NCBI RefSeq assembly: GCF_000015225.1
Contig: NC_008698.1
Coordinates: forward strand, 150,001-182,000
Direction of reading: 5' to 3'
Origin: Thermofilum pendens Hrk 5
GTDB lineage: Archaea; Thermoproteota; Thermoprotei; Thermofilales; Thermofilaceae
Length of the DNA: 32,000 nucleotides
Both the position numbers and the translations under genes were made by a program. The notes under the pieces were generated by a model. It was given only the letters and a program-made list of their open reading frames with translations. It did not search any database and was not told the DNA's origin. This document shows positions 1 to 7,296 of this stretch, one piece after another (the stretch's first letter is position 1; every line of letters begins with the position of its first letter).

Positions 1-500
1 GTCCCCTGCCGGCGGTGTTCTCGCATGTCTCGAGAGAAGACGTGAACCAATGGTTAAGCCTAGAGTTCCTGCCGATTTTCCGCGTATCGGTAAAGGATAG
101 TTGTACTCTGTGCGGCGCCTGCGCGAAGAACTGCCCAGAGAAAGCCTTAAACGCCGTTGCTTCGAGCGGGAGGGTCGAGCTACGCTTCTACCCCTGGAGG
201 TGTATTGGATGCCGGGAATGCGTAGAGGTGTGCCCAGAGGACGCGGTAGAGATAGACAGGGCGGCTAACCCAGCGCTAATGTCGAGGCACGAGCACATTG
301 TTCTCTCGTCCTCCGAGATGGCACGTTGCTCTAAGTGCGGTAGAGAAATAGCGCCCGAGAAGCTCGTAGCGTCGCTCGAGGCTAAAATGACGCGGAAAGG
401 TTTACCCCGAGAGGTCGTCTCAAGCCTCAGAATATGCGACGAATGCAAGCGTAAAAGCATGGTGGAAGAGCTCGAGAAAAGCCTGGAGATAGCCGGGTAA
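1..500 (+). CDS. HycF/NuoI-like 2x[4Fe-4S] ferredoxin with C-terminal Cys4 ribbon; 5' end probably outside the window
   Basis: Two CxxCxxCxxxCP motifs (CTLCGACAKNCP, CIGCRECVEVCP) are followed by CSKCG...CDECKRK, the same layout as the HycF-like ORF at 6712-7296. The frame is open back to nt 3, so the GTG at 15 may not be the true start. Confidence 0.6.
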   Translation, partial: PLPAVFSHVSREDVNQWLSLEFLPIFRVSVKDSCTLCGACAKNCPEKALNAVASSGRVELRFYPWRCIGCRECVEVCPEDAVEIDRAANPALMSRHEHIVLSSSEMARCSKCGREIAPEKLVASLEAKMTRKGLPREVVSSLRICDECKRKSMVEELEKSLEIAG

Positions 501-516
501 AAGAAAAACAAAAAAT
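498..516 (-). terminator. Oligo-T tract directly after the aor stop codon
   Basis: The minus strand reads ATTTTTTGTTTTTCTTTT immediately downstream of the TAA at 517-519. Archaeal termination typically occurs at oligo-T tracts. Confidence 0.4.
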
Positions 517-2373
517 TTAAGGTTCGATTCCAAGCTCCTTCAGCTTCTCCTTGGTTGGCACTCCGTTGACCCAGCCTCTGATCTTGTAGTACTCCTCCAG
601 CATCTTGTCGAGCTCGACGACCTGTCCCTTAGCAGGCCCCTCGGGCATCGGCTCTTTGAGGAGGCGCGGGGGCAGCGTGTCGTCCTTGGCAGAGAAGCCG
701 TACAGCGACATCATGTACCTCTCGAGGTTGTAGATCCTTTCACCTATTGTTAGCACGTCCTTCTCCGTGAAGTTGAATCCCGCGATCGTGTTGAAGAGGT
801 CGGCGTAGTCCTTCGCGCCTATCTCGAAGGTCGTGAACAGGCAGTTAACCGCCGAGTTAACGACGCTCGTGAGGTCCTGGAAGACTTTAACCCACTGAGC
901 CTTGCCTTCGGGCGTTAAGGGGTCGATTTTCTGCGGGATACCAAGGATCTCCGGGGATATGGTGTAGCCAGTGACGTGGCAACCTCCCCTGTTGGCGGTG
1001 GCGTACTCGAGTCCTATGCCCTTCGCTCCTCTCGGGTCGTAAGCCGGCATTTCGAGGCCTTTCACGCTCATAGAGAGTTCCGGTGCGCCGTACATTTCGG
1101 CGAGTCTCCTGCTACCGAGCGCGAGCTTCGCTCCGAAGCCGGACTTGTAGGCAGTCCTCCAGACAGCTTCTACGAGCGCCGCCGCGTTTCCGAACCTGAG
1201 GTCTAGGCCCTGGAGATCCTCCTGCGGTATGTAGCCCTTTTCGTAGAGCTCCATTGCGGCTGCAATTGTGCTTCCCATGCTGATGGTGTCCAGCCCGAAC
1301 TCGTCGCAGTAGTGGTTAGCCTTGATTATCGCCGCGAGATCCATTACTCCCGTAGCGTTTCCGAGAGCCCAGATGGACTCGTACTCTGGTCCCTCGGAGT
1401 ACAGTATCTGGAAGGGTCCCGAGGGCACCTTGACTACTCTACCGCACCCGATCTGGCAGCCCCAGCACGGCCTCCTCGAGATTAGGTAGGTCTTCTCGAG
1501 CGTCTCCCCGCTTATCTTGTCAGCCTCTGGGTTGTAGCCGAACTGCCAGTTCTTGTATGGAAGCATTCCCGCCTGGTTGATTATGTTCACGAGGACTGCC
1601 GTACCGTACTTGGGCAACCCTCCGCCGGTGACCGGGTTCTTCCTTATCCTCTCGATGAGGCTCTTGGAGAGCTCCCGGAACCTCTCGGGGTCCGCTACCT
1701 GCGGCTTGCCCTCACCCGAGACGACTATAGCCTTCAGCTTCTTGCTCCCCATTACTGCTCCTACTCCGGTACGCCCCGCAGCCCTGTGGTCGTCGTTCAT
1801 TATGTTCGCGAATAGCACTAGGTTCTCTCCTGCCGGGCCTATGCACGCGACGCTCACGTTTTTACCCTTAACCCTGGACTTGAGCACCCTGGTGGTATCG
1901 AAGACGTTTTTACCCCAGAGGTCGGACGCGTCCTTTATCTCCACGTGTCCGTCGACGATCTCGATGTATACAGGCTTCTCGGATGCACCCTCGATGAATA
2001 TCATGTCGTAGCCCGCGAACTTCAGGTAGGCGCCGAACTCTCCCCCGCTGTTAGCACTGGCTATAGAGCCCGTAAGCGGTGAGCGCAGAGCCATCACGTG
2101 GTGCCTTCCCGGAGAGGGGACCCCGGCGATCCCGGTTATCGGGCCTGTCGTGAACGCTAAGACGTTCTCGGGGCCTAGGGGGTCTATGTCTTTCGGCGCG
2201 ATGCCTTTAGCCATGTACTCCTTGAGGTACTTGTAGTAGAAAACGTACAGCGCGTAGCCCTTCCCCCCTATGTATTTTTCAGCCACCGCGGGGTCTATGG
2301 GATCTTCGCGTATGGTCTTATCGGTTAGGTTCACTGTGAGAATCTTGTTTACGTAGCCTCCTTTTATTGGCAT
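517..2373 (-). CDS. aor: Tungsten-containing aldehyde:ferredoxin oxidoreductase (AOR family)
   Basis: The 618-aa ORF appears, from memory, collinear with Pyrococcus furiosus AOR along its whole length. Matching segments include GKGYALYV, NSGGEFGAxLKFAGYD, GPAGENLVxFAxIMND.HRAAGRxGVGAVMGSK, GGGLPKYGTAVLVN, CxxCxIGCGR, EGPEYES and NRGGCH. Confidence 0.95.
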   Translation of the reverse strand: MPIKGGYVNKILTVNLTDKTIREDPIDPAVAEKYIGGKGYALYVFYYKYLKEYMAKGIAPKDIDPLGPENVLAFTTGPITGIAGVPSPGRHHVMALRSPLTGSIASANSGGEFGAYLKFAGYDMIFIEGASEKPVYIEIVDGHVEIKDASDLWGKNVFDTTRVLKSRVKGKNVSVACIGPAGENLVLFANIMNDDHRAAGRTGVGAVMGSKKLKAIVVSGEGKPQVADPERFRELSKSLIERIRKNPVTGGGLPKYGTAVLVNIINQAGMLPYKNWQFGYNPEADKISGETLEKTYLISRRPCWGCQIGCGRVVKVPSGPFQILYSEGPEYESIWALGNATGVMDLAAIIKANHYCDEFGLDTISMGSTIAAAMELYEKGYIPQEDLQGLDLRFGNAAALVEAVWRTAYKSGFGAKLALGSRRLAEMYGAPELSMSVKGLEMPAYDPRGAKGIGLEYATANRGGCHVTGYTISPEILGIPQKIDPLTPEGKAQWVKVFQDLTSVVNSAVNCLFTTFEIGAKDYADLFNTIAGFNFTEKDVLTIGERIYNLERYMMSLYGFSAKDDTLPPRLLKEPMPEGPAKGQVVELDKMLEEYYKIRGWVNGVPTKEKLKELGIEP

Positions 2374-2494
2374 GCTTTGTCGACTTATATTTTTAGTGAG
2401 AAGTATTTAAGCTACTCGTTATTTTTAACCGAAAATATCGACTTTAAGCATCGAGAGACGTTACTTTTATATGTAGACACCGGGCTCCTCTGCC
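2374..2494. promoter_or_regulatory. Divergent AT-rich promoter region between aor and the M42 peptidase gene
   Basis: TTTTATAT at about 2464-2471 lies roughly 27 nt upstream of the GTG at 2495, suggesting a leaderless-type transcript. On the minus strand, CTTAAATA (plus-strand 2403-2412) lies roughly 34 nt upstream of the aor ATG. Confidence 0.4.
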
Positions 2495-3514
2495 GTGGTC
2501 GAAACTAGCCTGTTGTCAAAGTTGGCTAACGCCCCGGCGCCTAGCGGCTTCGAGAATAGAGTTCGAGAGATAATCGCGGAGGAGCTTGAAGAGCTGGGCT
2601 ACGAGCCTGTAACGGACTCCCTTGGAAACCTGTACGTGGTGCTCGGAGAGGGTAGGCCGAGCCTGGTTTTAGCGGCGCATATGGACGAGGTAGGCTTTAT
2701 AGTCACGCACGTAACGGAGGACGGGTTCTTGAGGGTAGCCCCGCTAGGCGGGGTAGTCGCGGAGGGGCTTCCCGGTCAGGAGGTGGTCGTGCTGACGGAT
2801 GAGGGGCTTGTCGAGGGGGTTATAGGGGCTACTCCTCCGCATCTACGGGGGGCTACCCAGAAGGAGCTAACAGTGGAGGAGATTTTCATAGATATAGGAG
2901 TCTTGTCCCGGGAGGAGGCGCGCTCCAAGGGTGTGGACGTTGGTTCGCCTGTAACCTTCGCGGGGAACTTCAAGGAGAGAGGCGATGCAGTGATAAGCAA
3001 GGCGCTCGACGACCGCGTCGGGTGCTACGCGTTGCTGGAGGCCCTGAGAAGCGGGGCTACTCCGAAGAAGGGTAGCGTCGTCGTAGCGTTCACAGTGCAG
3101 GAGGAGGTCGGGCTGAGGGGATCCTCCGCGCTCGCGAAGGCTCTAGAGCCGAATTTCGCCGTAGCCGTCGAGGGAACCATTGCTAACGATACCCCGGGAA
3201 CTCCTCCAGAGAAGGTTGTCACCAGGCTGGGCAGAGGTCCCGCCGTACGCTTGATGGATAAATCGATGATAGCAAGCATGGAGCTTTACAAGCACATCAA
3301 GGCGCTAGCGGAGTCGAAGTCCATTCCGTACCAGGTGCAGATATCCCCCTATAGCGGGACGGACGCTGGGAGCTTCGCCGTTCACGGCGCCGCTGTCAGC
3401 GCAGTCTCCGTGCCCGTAAGGTACATTCACTCGCCAGCCTCCCTGGCCTTGAAGAAGGATGTAGACGCCACAGTAGAGCTGTTGAAGGCTCTGATCGAAG
3501 AGCCGTTCCCCTGA
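2495..3514 (+). CDS. M42 family metallopeptidase (TET/FrvX-type aminopeptidase, 'endoglucanase' family)
   Basis: The 339-aa ORF has typical M42 segments: AHMDEVGF, an aspartate-containing metal-ligand segment (ALDDRVGC), FTVQEEVGLRG and the SVPxRYxHSP C-terminal motif. Confidence 0.9.
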   Translation: MVETSLLSKLANAPAPSGFENRVREIIAEELEELGYEPVTDSLGNLYVVLGEGRPSLVLAAHMDEVGFIVTHVTEDGFLRVAPLGGVVAEGLPGQEVVVLTDEGLVEGVIGATPPHLRGATQKELTVEEIFIDIGVLSREEARSKGVDVGSPVTFAGNFKERGDAVISKALDDRVGCYALLEALRSGATPKKGSVVVAFTVQEEVGLRGSSALAKALEPNFAVAVEGTIANDTPGTPPEKVVTRLGRGPAVRLMDKSMIASMELYKHIKALAESKSIPYQVQISPYSGTDAGSFAVHGAAVSAVSVPVRYIHSPASLALKKDVDATVELLKALIEEPFP

Positions 3515-3519
3515 AGGGG

Positions 3520-4146
3520 TTAGACGCTCCCACAAAGCTTCCTAGCTTTCTCGTAATCCTCCGGCCTATTCAGGTTGAACGTCTCCCTCTCGGGATCAGC
3601 GAAGACTTCGCCGATTGGAATGAGCCTGACGTTCAGTTTTCCGAGCGCATCCATAACCCTAAGCCTACCCGAGCTGAGGGCAGAGGCTACTGCCGTGAGG
3701 ACTCTCGGAACCCTGTAGACGGCTATCAGAGGCTCTACGTAGCCGTTAGGCCACACCGGTACTGCGCCGTCGTAGCCCTCGGCAAGGCTCCTCAGCTTCA
3801 AGAGCGAGGATCCACGCAGGAACGGGGTATCTGCAGGGGCTACGCCTAGAAACTCGCTCCGCGAGTTTCTAAGAGCAGTGTAGAGCCCTGCTAGCGGCGC
3901 CCTTACCGGCACCTCGTCGAGCAACACCCTGTAACGGGTAGCGACCGGGTAGCGTGCAAGAACATCCTCGAGAACTCTTTTCTGGACCGAGTCGTGCACG
4001 ACCAGGATGAGAGAGGACGCTGCTTCGCCCAAGTTCTCCGCCAGAAGCACTACCGCCGGCTTACCGCAGACCTCTACGACTGGCTTGTAGACACCGCCGA
4101 GCCTCTTCCCAGAGCCTCCAGCCAGTATGGCTATGTCTAGTTTCAT
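3520..4146 (-). CDS. mobA: Molybdenum cofactor guanylyltransferase
   Basis: The N-terminal segment LAGGSGKRLGG is a nucleotide-binding loop. ADTPF, EPLIAVY and the C-terminal NLNRPEDY are also typical of MobA. The size of 208 aa fits. Confidence 0.85.
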   Translation of the reverse strand: MKLDIAILAGGSGKRLGGVYKPVVEVCGKPAVVLLAENLGEAASSLILVVHDSVQKRVLEDVLARYPVATRYRVLLDEVPVRAPLAGLYTALRNSRSEFLGVAPADTPFLRGSSLLKLRSLAEGYDGAVPVWPNGYVEPLIAVYRVPRVLTAVASALSSGRLRVMDALGKLNVRLIPIGEVFADPERETFNLNRPEDYEKARKLCGSV

Positions 4147-4502
4147 CGCGTCGACCTACTCGGGCACTCGTTAAAGAAGCCCCCATCATTCTGTTTCTTT
4201 AGTACCAACACGACGTAGCCTTCACCGGAAGCGTCACTCCACTGAAGTGTTTCCAAAATTTTCCTGGAAGCCTCTCCTCTAAGAGCTAGCTCGCCGTATG
4301 CCGTTAGCTTTCTCAAATCCTCTTCTCTGAGAAGGAGCTTTACTCTGTCAAGCGGCAGTTCCCCAGCCTTTTCCAGTACATCGTACATAGACTCTTCATG
4401 CAACACCTTTATCATGAAGTCATCAATTGCTGTGAAACTTTTCTCATCTAGAAGCGCTGATCTCTCAACAAACACGTAGACCTCGACCACCTGTACGCTC
4501 AT
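4143..4502 (-). CDS. Hypothetical 119-aa protein, translationally coupled to mobA
   Basis: The ORF has a non-repetitive, protein-like composition. Its TGA overlaps the mobA ATG (ATGA at 4143-4146). It sits just behind the T-rich tract that ends the hydrogenase operon. I recognise no family motif. Confidence 0.6.
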   Translation of the reverse strand: MSVQVVEVYVFVERSALLDEKSFTAIDDFMIKVLHEESMYDVLEKAGELPLDRVKLLLREEDLRKLTAYGELALRGEASRKILETLQWSDASGEGYVVLVLKKQNDGGFFNECPSRSTR

Positions 4503-4518
4503 GCCTTCTTCACCCAGT

Positions 4519-4546
4519 CAAAAATAAAATAAAAAATAAAAATGTT
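4519..4546 (-). terminator. Long T-rich tract ending the fdh-hyf operon; it probably also carries the TATA box for the 119-aa/mobA unit
   Basis: The minus strand reads CATTTTTATTTTTTATTTTATTTTTG directly after the stop at 4552 and 17-45 nt upstream of the ATG at 4502. Confidence 0.45.
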
Positions 4547-4551
4547 TTAGT

Positions 4552-5985
4552 TTACAGGAATGGCGTAGCCAGGAACGGTGCGAGCAACGACATTAAGGCC
4601 AGGAAGTACACTGTCATCTTCATTGTTGTAGGCTCTCTTTGCATGCTTTTCACGGCATCCGAGGGCTCGCCTCCAACGCATTTCGTGAATACTCTGAGGA
4701 ACCAGGCGAAACACACTATGGACTCGCAGAGCATCGCCGTAGCGATGATAGCTGCAACAATGCTACCGGCGGAGTAGCCTCCTAGTATGAGCAGGATCTT
4801 GCTCCAGAAAAGTCCGAAGGGCGGTACGCCCGTCACGGATAGCGCCGCCACGGTAAAGCCTACAGCTGCGGTTCTTGCCGCTCTCAACCCGCTTATCTTG
4901 TCGAGCATCCTGGTGCCTGCGGAGAACGATATCAGCCCGGCTACTAGGAAGAACAGTTCCTTGGCGAAGCCGTGGGTAAATATGTGGAGTTCTGCTCCCT
5001 TTAAGGCCATTGCTGAACCAAGAGAGGCCAAGCCTGCTCCCATGAATATGTAGGAGAGCTGGGTTATCGTCGAGTAAGCCAGTAATCTTTTCATGTCCAG
5101 TTGCGGGAAGTACATCGCACACCCGTAAGCCATGGAGACCACACCCACAGCTAGGCATGCGAGCGCGACTGTATGCGTGTATCCCGCGTCGACGAGCACT
5201 CTAAGCATTAGGTAGGCTCCTAGCTTGACCATTGCCGCCGCATGTAGGTAGGCGGAAACAGGTGTAGGCGCAACCATGGCGTCCGGCAACCACCTATGGA
5301 AGGGTATCTGGGCCGACTTTCCGGCCGCCGCTACCAGCAGGAGGAGCTCGGCTATGGTCTTCAGCTCCTCGGGCATCCCTTTGAGTGCTACCACCTCGAC
5401 GCTCCCCGTGCTCGCATAGGTCAAGCCGGCCGCGAGGTATAGACCAAGCGCGGCGATGTGTGTTACGATGAAGGCTTGCAGGCCTGATCTCCTGGACTCT
5501 GGGTCCTCGTAGTAGCTTATCAGTGCGTACGAGCACAGGCTTGTAAGCTCAAAGAAAGCCACCATCGACAAAAGGGTCGACGAGTAGACAAAGCCTAGAG
5601 CTGATGCCTCGAAGAGAAGGAGCCAACCGTAGTACCTCGGGGTTTCCTCGAGGCTTACCGGGTGTTCTCTGTTCGACGGGGACATGTAGTGCTTCGAGAA
5701 AACAATCGTGGCCAGACCGTTAAGAGCTACCATCAGGCTTACCAAAACACTCAGGGAATCATTGACGAAGCCAAGCGCTAAGCCGTTGTAGTATGCGAGT
5801 ACGTACTGGGAAGGTCTCATCTGGCTAGAGAGGTAGAGAGCAGCGTTGCACACTACGCCTGCTAGAGCGACCAGGGAGCCTGCTACCGCTACTTCGAAGG
5901 CCTTTCTCCTCGTGAAGGCAAACACTCCTAGGAGTAGGGGGGCGGCTATTGAGATTACGAGTAGAAGAGGAACTACGCTTATCAC
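4552..5985 (-). CDS. Antiporter-like (NuoL/HyfB/HyfD family) membrane subunit; extra fourth copy at the operon end
   Basis: The protein is polytopic and carries FELTSLCSYALISYY and KSAQIPFHRWLPDAM motifs of the proton-pumping NuoL/M/N-MrpA/D family. A GTG at 5985 gives a GTGA 4-nt overlap with the upstream stop. An alternative ATG at 6015 would give a 34-nt overlap. Confidence 0.85.
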   Translation of the reverse strand: MISVVPLLLVISIAAPLLLGVFAFTRRKAFEVAVAGSLVALAGVVCNAALYLSSQMRPSQYVLAYYNGLALGFVNDSLSVLVSLMVALNGLATIVFSKHYMSPSNREHPVSLEETPRYYGWLLLFEASALGFVYSSTLLSMVAFFELTSLCSYALISYYEDPESRRSGLQAFIVTHIAALGLYLAAGLTYASTGSVEVVALKGMPEELKTIAELLLLVAAAGKSAQIPFHRWLPDAMVAPTPVSAYLHAAAMVKLGAYLMLRVLVDAGYTHTVALACLAVGVVSMAYGCAMYFPQLDMKRLLAYSTITQLSYIFMGAGLASLGSAMALKGAELHIFTHGFAKELFFLVAGLISFSAGTRMLDKISGLRAARTAAVGFTVAALSVTGVPPFGLFWSKILLILGGYSAGSIVAAIIATAMLCESIVCFAWFLRVFTKCVGGEPSDAVKSMQREPTTMKMTVYFLALMSLLAPFLATPFL

Positions 5986-6719
5986 CTTCCTACCACCTCT
6001 TTGAGTTTTAGGCATGAGAGCCTAACTGCCTCGGTTATTCGGGCGTCGTGGTACTTCTCGGAGACCGCTTTCTCGGCTTTTGCGGCGAAGTCGTCTAGGT
6101 CCTTGCTCCCCTTAGAGATCCTTAACAGGTCGCATAAAACTCTGTAGCCGATCCTGTACCCGAGGTGCTTGTAGAGCTCTAGCTTCAAGGCCCTGTAAAG
6201 CTCCCAGCTGTTAATGGCGCCCTCGAGGCTCGGAAGCGCGGGTTTAAAGCTCTCTGCATCAGCCTTCGTTTCCGATCTCTTCACCTTCTGCTCTAGGATA
6301 TCGAGGGCAACAGCCACCCCGTGCAGTATTGCGTGAGGCCTGGGCGGGCAACCGGGAATATACACGTCGACGGGAATCACTTTGTCGACCCCGCCTGCAG
6401 TCCCGTAGGTGTCGTACCATATTCCGCCGCCGCAGGCGCAAGCCCCGCACGCAACAACTACACAGGGCTTGGGCGCAGCTTCGTATGTTGCTTTGAGCAC
6501 GGGTAGGAACTGCCTAGTGACAGGGCCTGTGACCAGTATGACATCCGCCATCCTAGGTGAAAGTACGAGCTTTACACCGAGCCTTTCAACGTCAAAATAG
6601 GGGGTCAGGGCGTCGAACACCTCTATGTCGCAACCGTTGCAGGAGCCCGAGTCGACTCTAAGTAGGTAGACCGACCTCTTCAGGGCGTCGTAAGCCTTCT
6701 GCTTAGCCAACCTACTCAT
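5982..6719 (-). CDS. hyfI: [NiFe] hydrogenase small subunit, HycG/HyfI (NuoB-like)
   Basis: The [4Fe-4S] ligands are present (CNGC, GACACGGG, PGCPP). A C-terminal tail of roughly 95 aa resembles the tail of E. coli HycG as I recall it. The ATG at 6719 is preceded by GGGAGG and overlaps the upstream stop. The ORF-track start at 6746 is probably too long. Confidence 0.9.
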   Translation of the reverse strand: MSRLAKQKAYDALKRSVYLLRVDSGSCNGCDIEVFDALTPYFDVERLGVKLVLSPRMADVILVTGPVTRQFLPVLKATYEAAPKPCVVVACGACACGGGIWYDTYGTAGGVDKVIPVDVYIPGCPPRPHAILHGVAVALDILEQKVKRSETKADAESFKPALPSLEGAINSWELYRALKLELYKHLGYRIGYRVLCDLLRISKGSKDLDDFAAKAEKAVSEKYHDARITEAVRLSCLKLKEVVGR

Positions 6720-7296
6720 GCCTCCCACCCTCTTCCCCAGTAACACTCAGAGGCTTTACACCCGGTCTTGCGGACTTCACTATAGATAGCACGGTTCTCC
6801 TACGCTTACACTCGGGGCACTCCACGCCGTTCTCCAGGAGCTCTAGCACCGAGCGAGGCAGAGTCTTCGCTTCCGCCAGTATCTGAGCGGCCTGCGCAAC
6901 TTCCCTCTCTGTCACAGGGAAGTACTTTCCGCACGTGCTACACCTCGCCAATGGCGTCTCTACGACTACCTCCAAGTCCTCGCGAGTCTTCGAGGCAAGT
7001 TCGTACTCCTTGCTCTGCCTTATCGCTGAAAGCGGGCATGCCTCTTCGCATCTCCCGCAGAAGATACACCTTCCGTAGAATATCTTCCAAGTTCTCAGTC
7101 CTCTCTCAAGGTCATCCACGCAGGTTATAGCGTCCGGTGGGCACACGTTAGCACAAGCTCCGCAACCCATGCATATGCTCGGGTCTATCTCCGGCTTTCC
7201 TCGAAAGTCCTCGGGAGCCTCCTCCGGCTTAAACGGGTACTCAAGCGTTGCTACTCCTTCCCTTAGGGCTATTTTTAGGATCTGCCTTATGCCCAT
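6712..7296 (-). CDS. hyfH: Hydrogenase 2x[4Fe-4S] subunit, HycF/HyfH (NuoI-like)
   Basis: FRGKPE, CMGCGACANVCP and CIFCGRCEEACP are followed by a CSTCGKYF...CPECKRRR ribbon. As I recall it, E. coli HycF has the same layout. Confidence 0.9.
   Translation of the reverse strand: MGIRQILKIALREGVATLEYPFKPEEAPEDFRGKPEIDPSICMGCGACANVCPPDAITCVDDLERGLRTWKIFYGRCIFCGRCEEACPLSAIRQSKEYELASKTREDLEVVVETPLARCSTCGKYFPVTEREVAQAAQILAEAKTLPRSVLELLENGVECPECKRRRTVLSIVKSARPGVKPLSVTGEEGGRHE

Noticed and set aside
5982-6270. The roughly 95-aa C-terminal tail on the NuoB-like small subunit, and the Cys4 ribbon on the NuoI-like subunit (6712-6960), considered as possible novel domains.
   Set aside because: As I recall the sequences, E. 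coli HycG and HycF carry equivalent extensions. These are therefore family hallmarks supporting the Hyc/Hyf assignment, not novelties.
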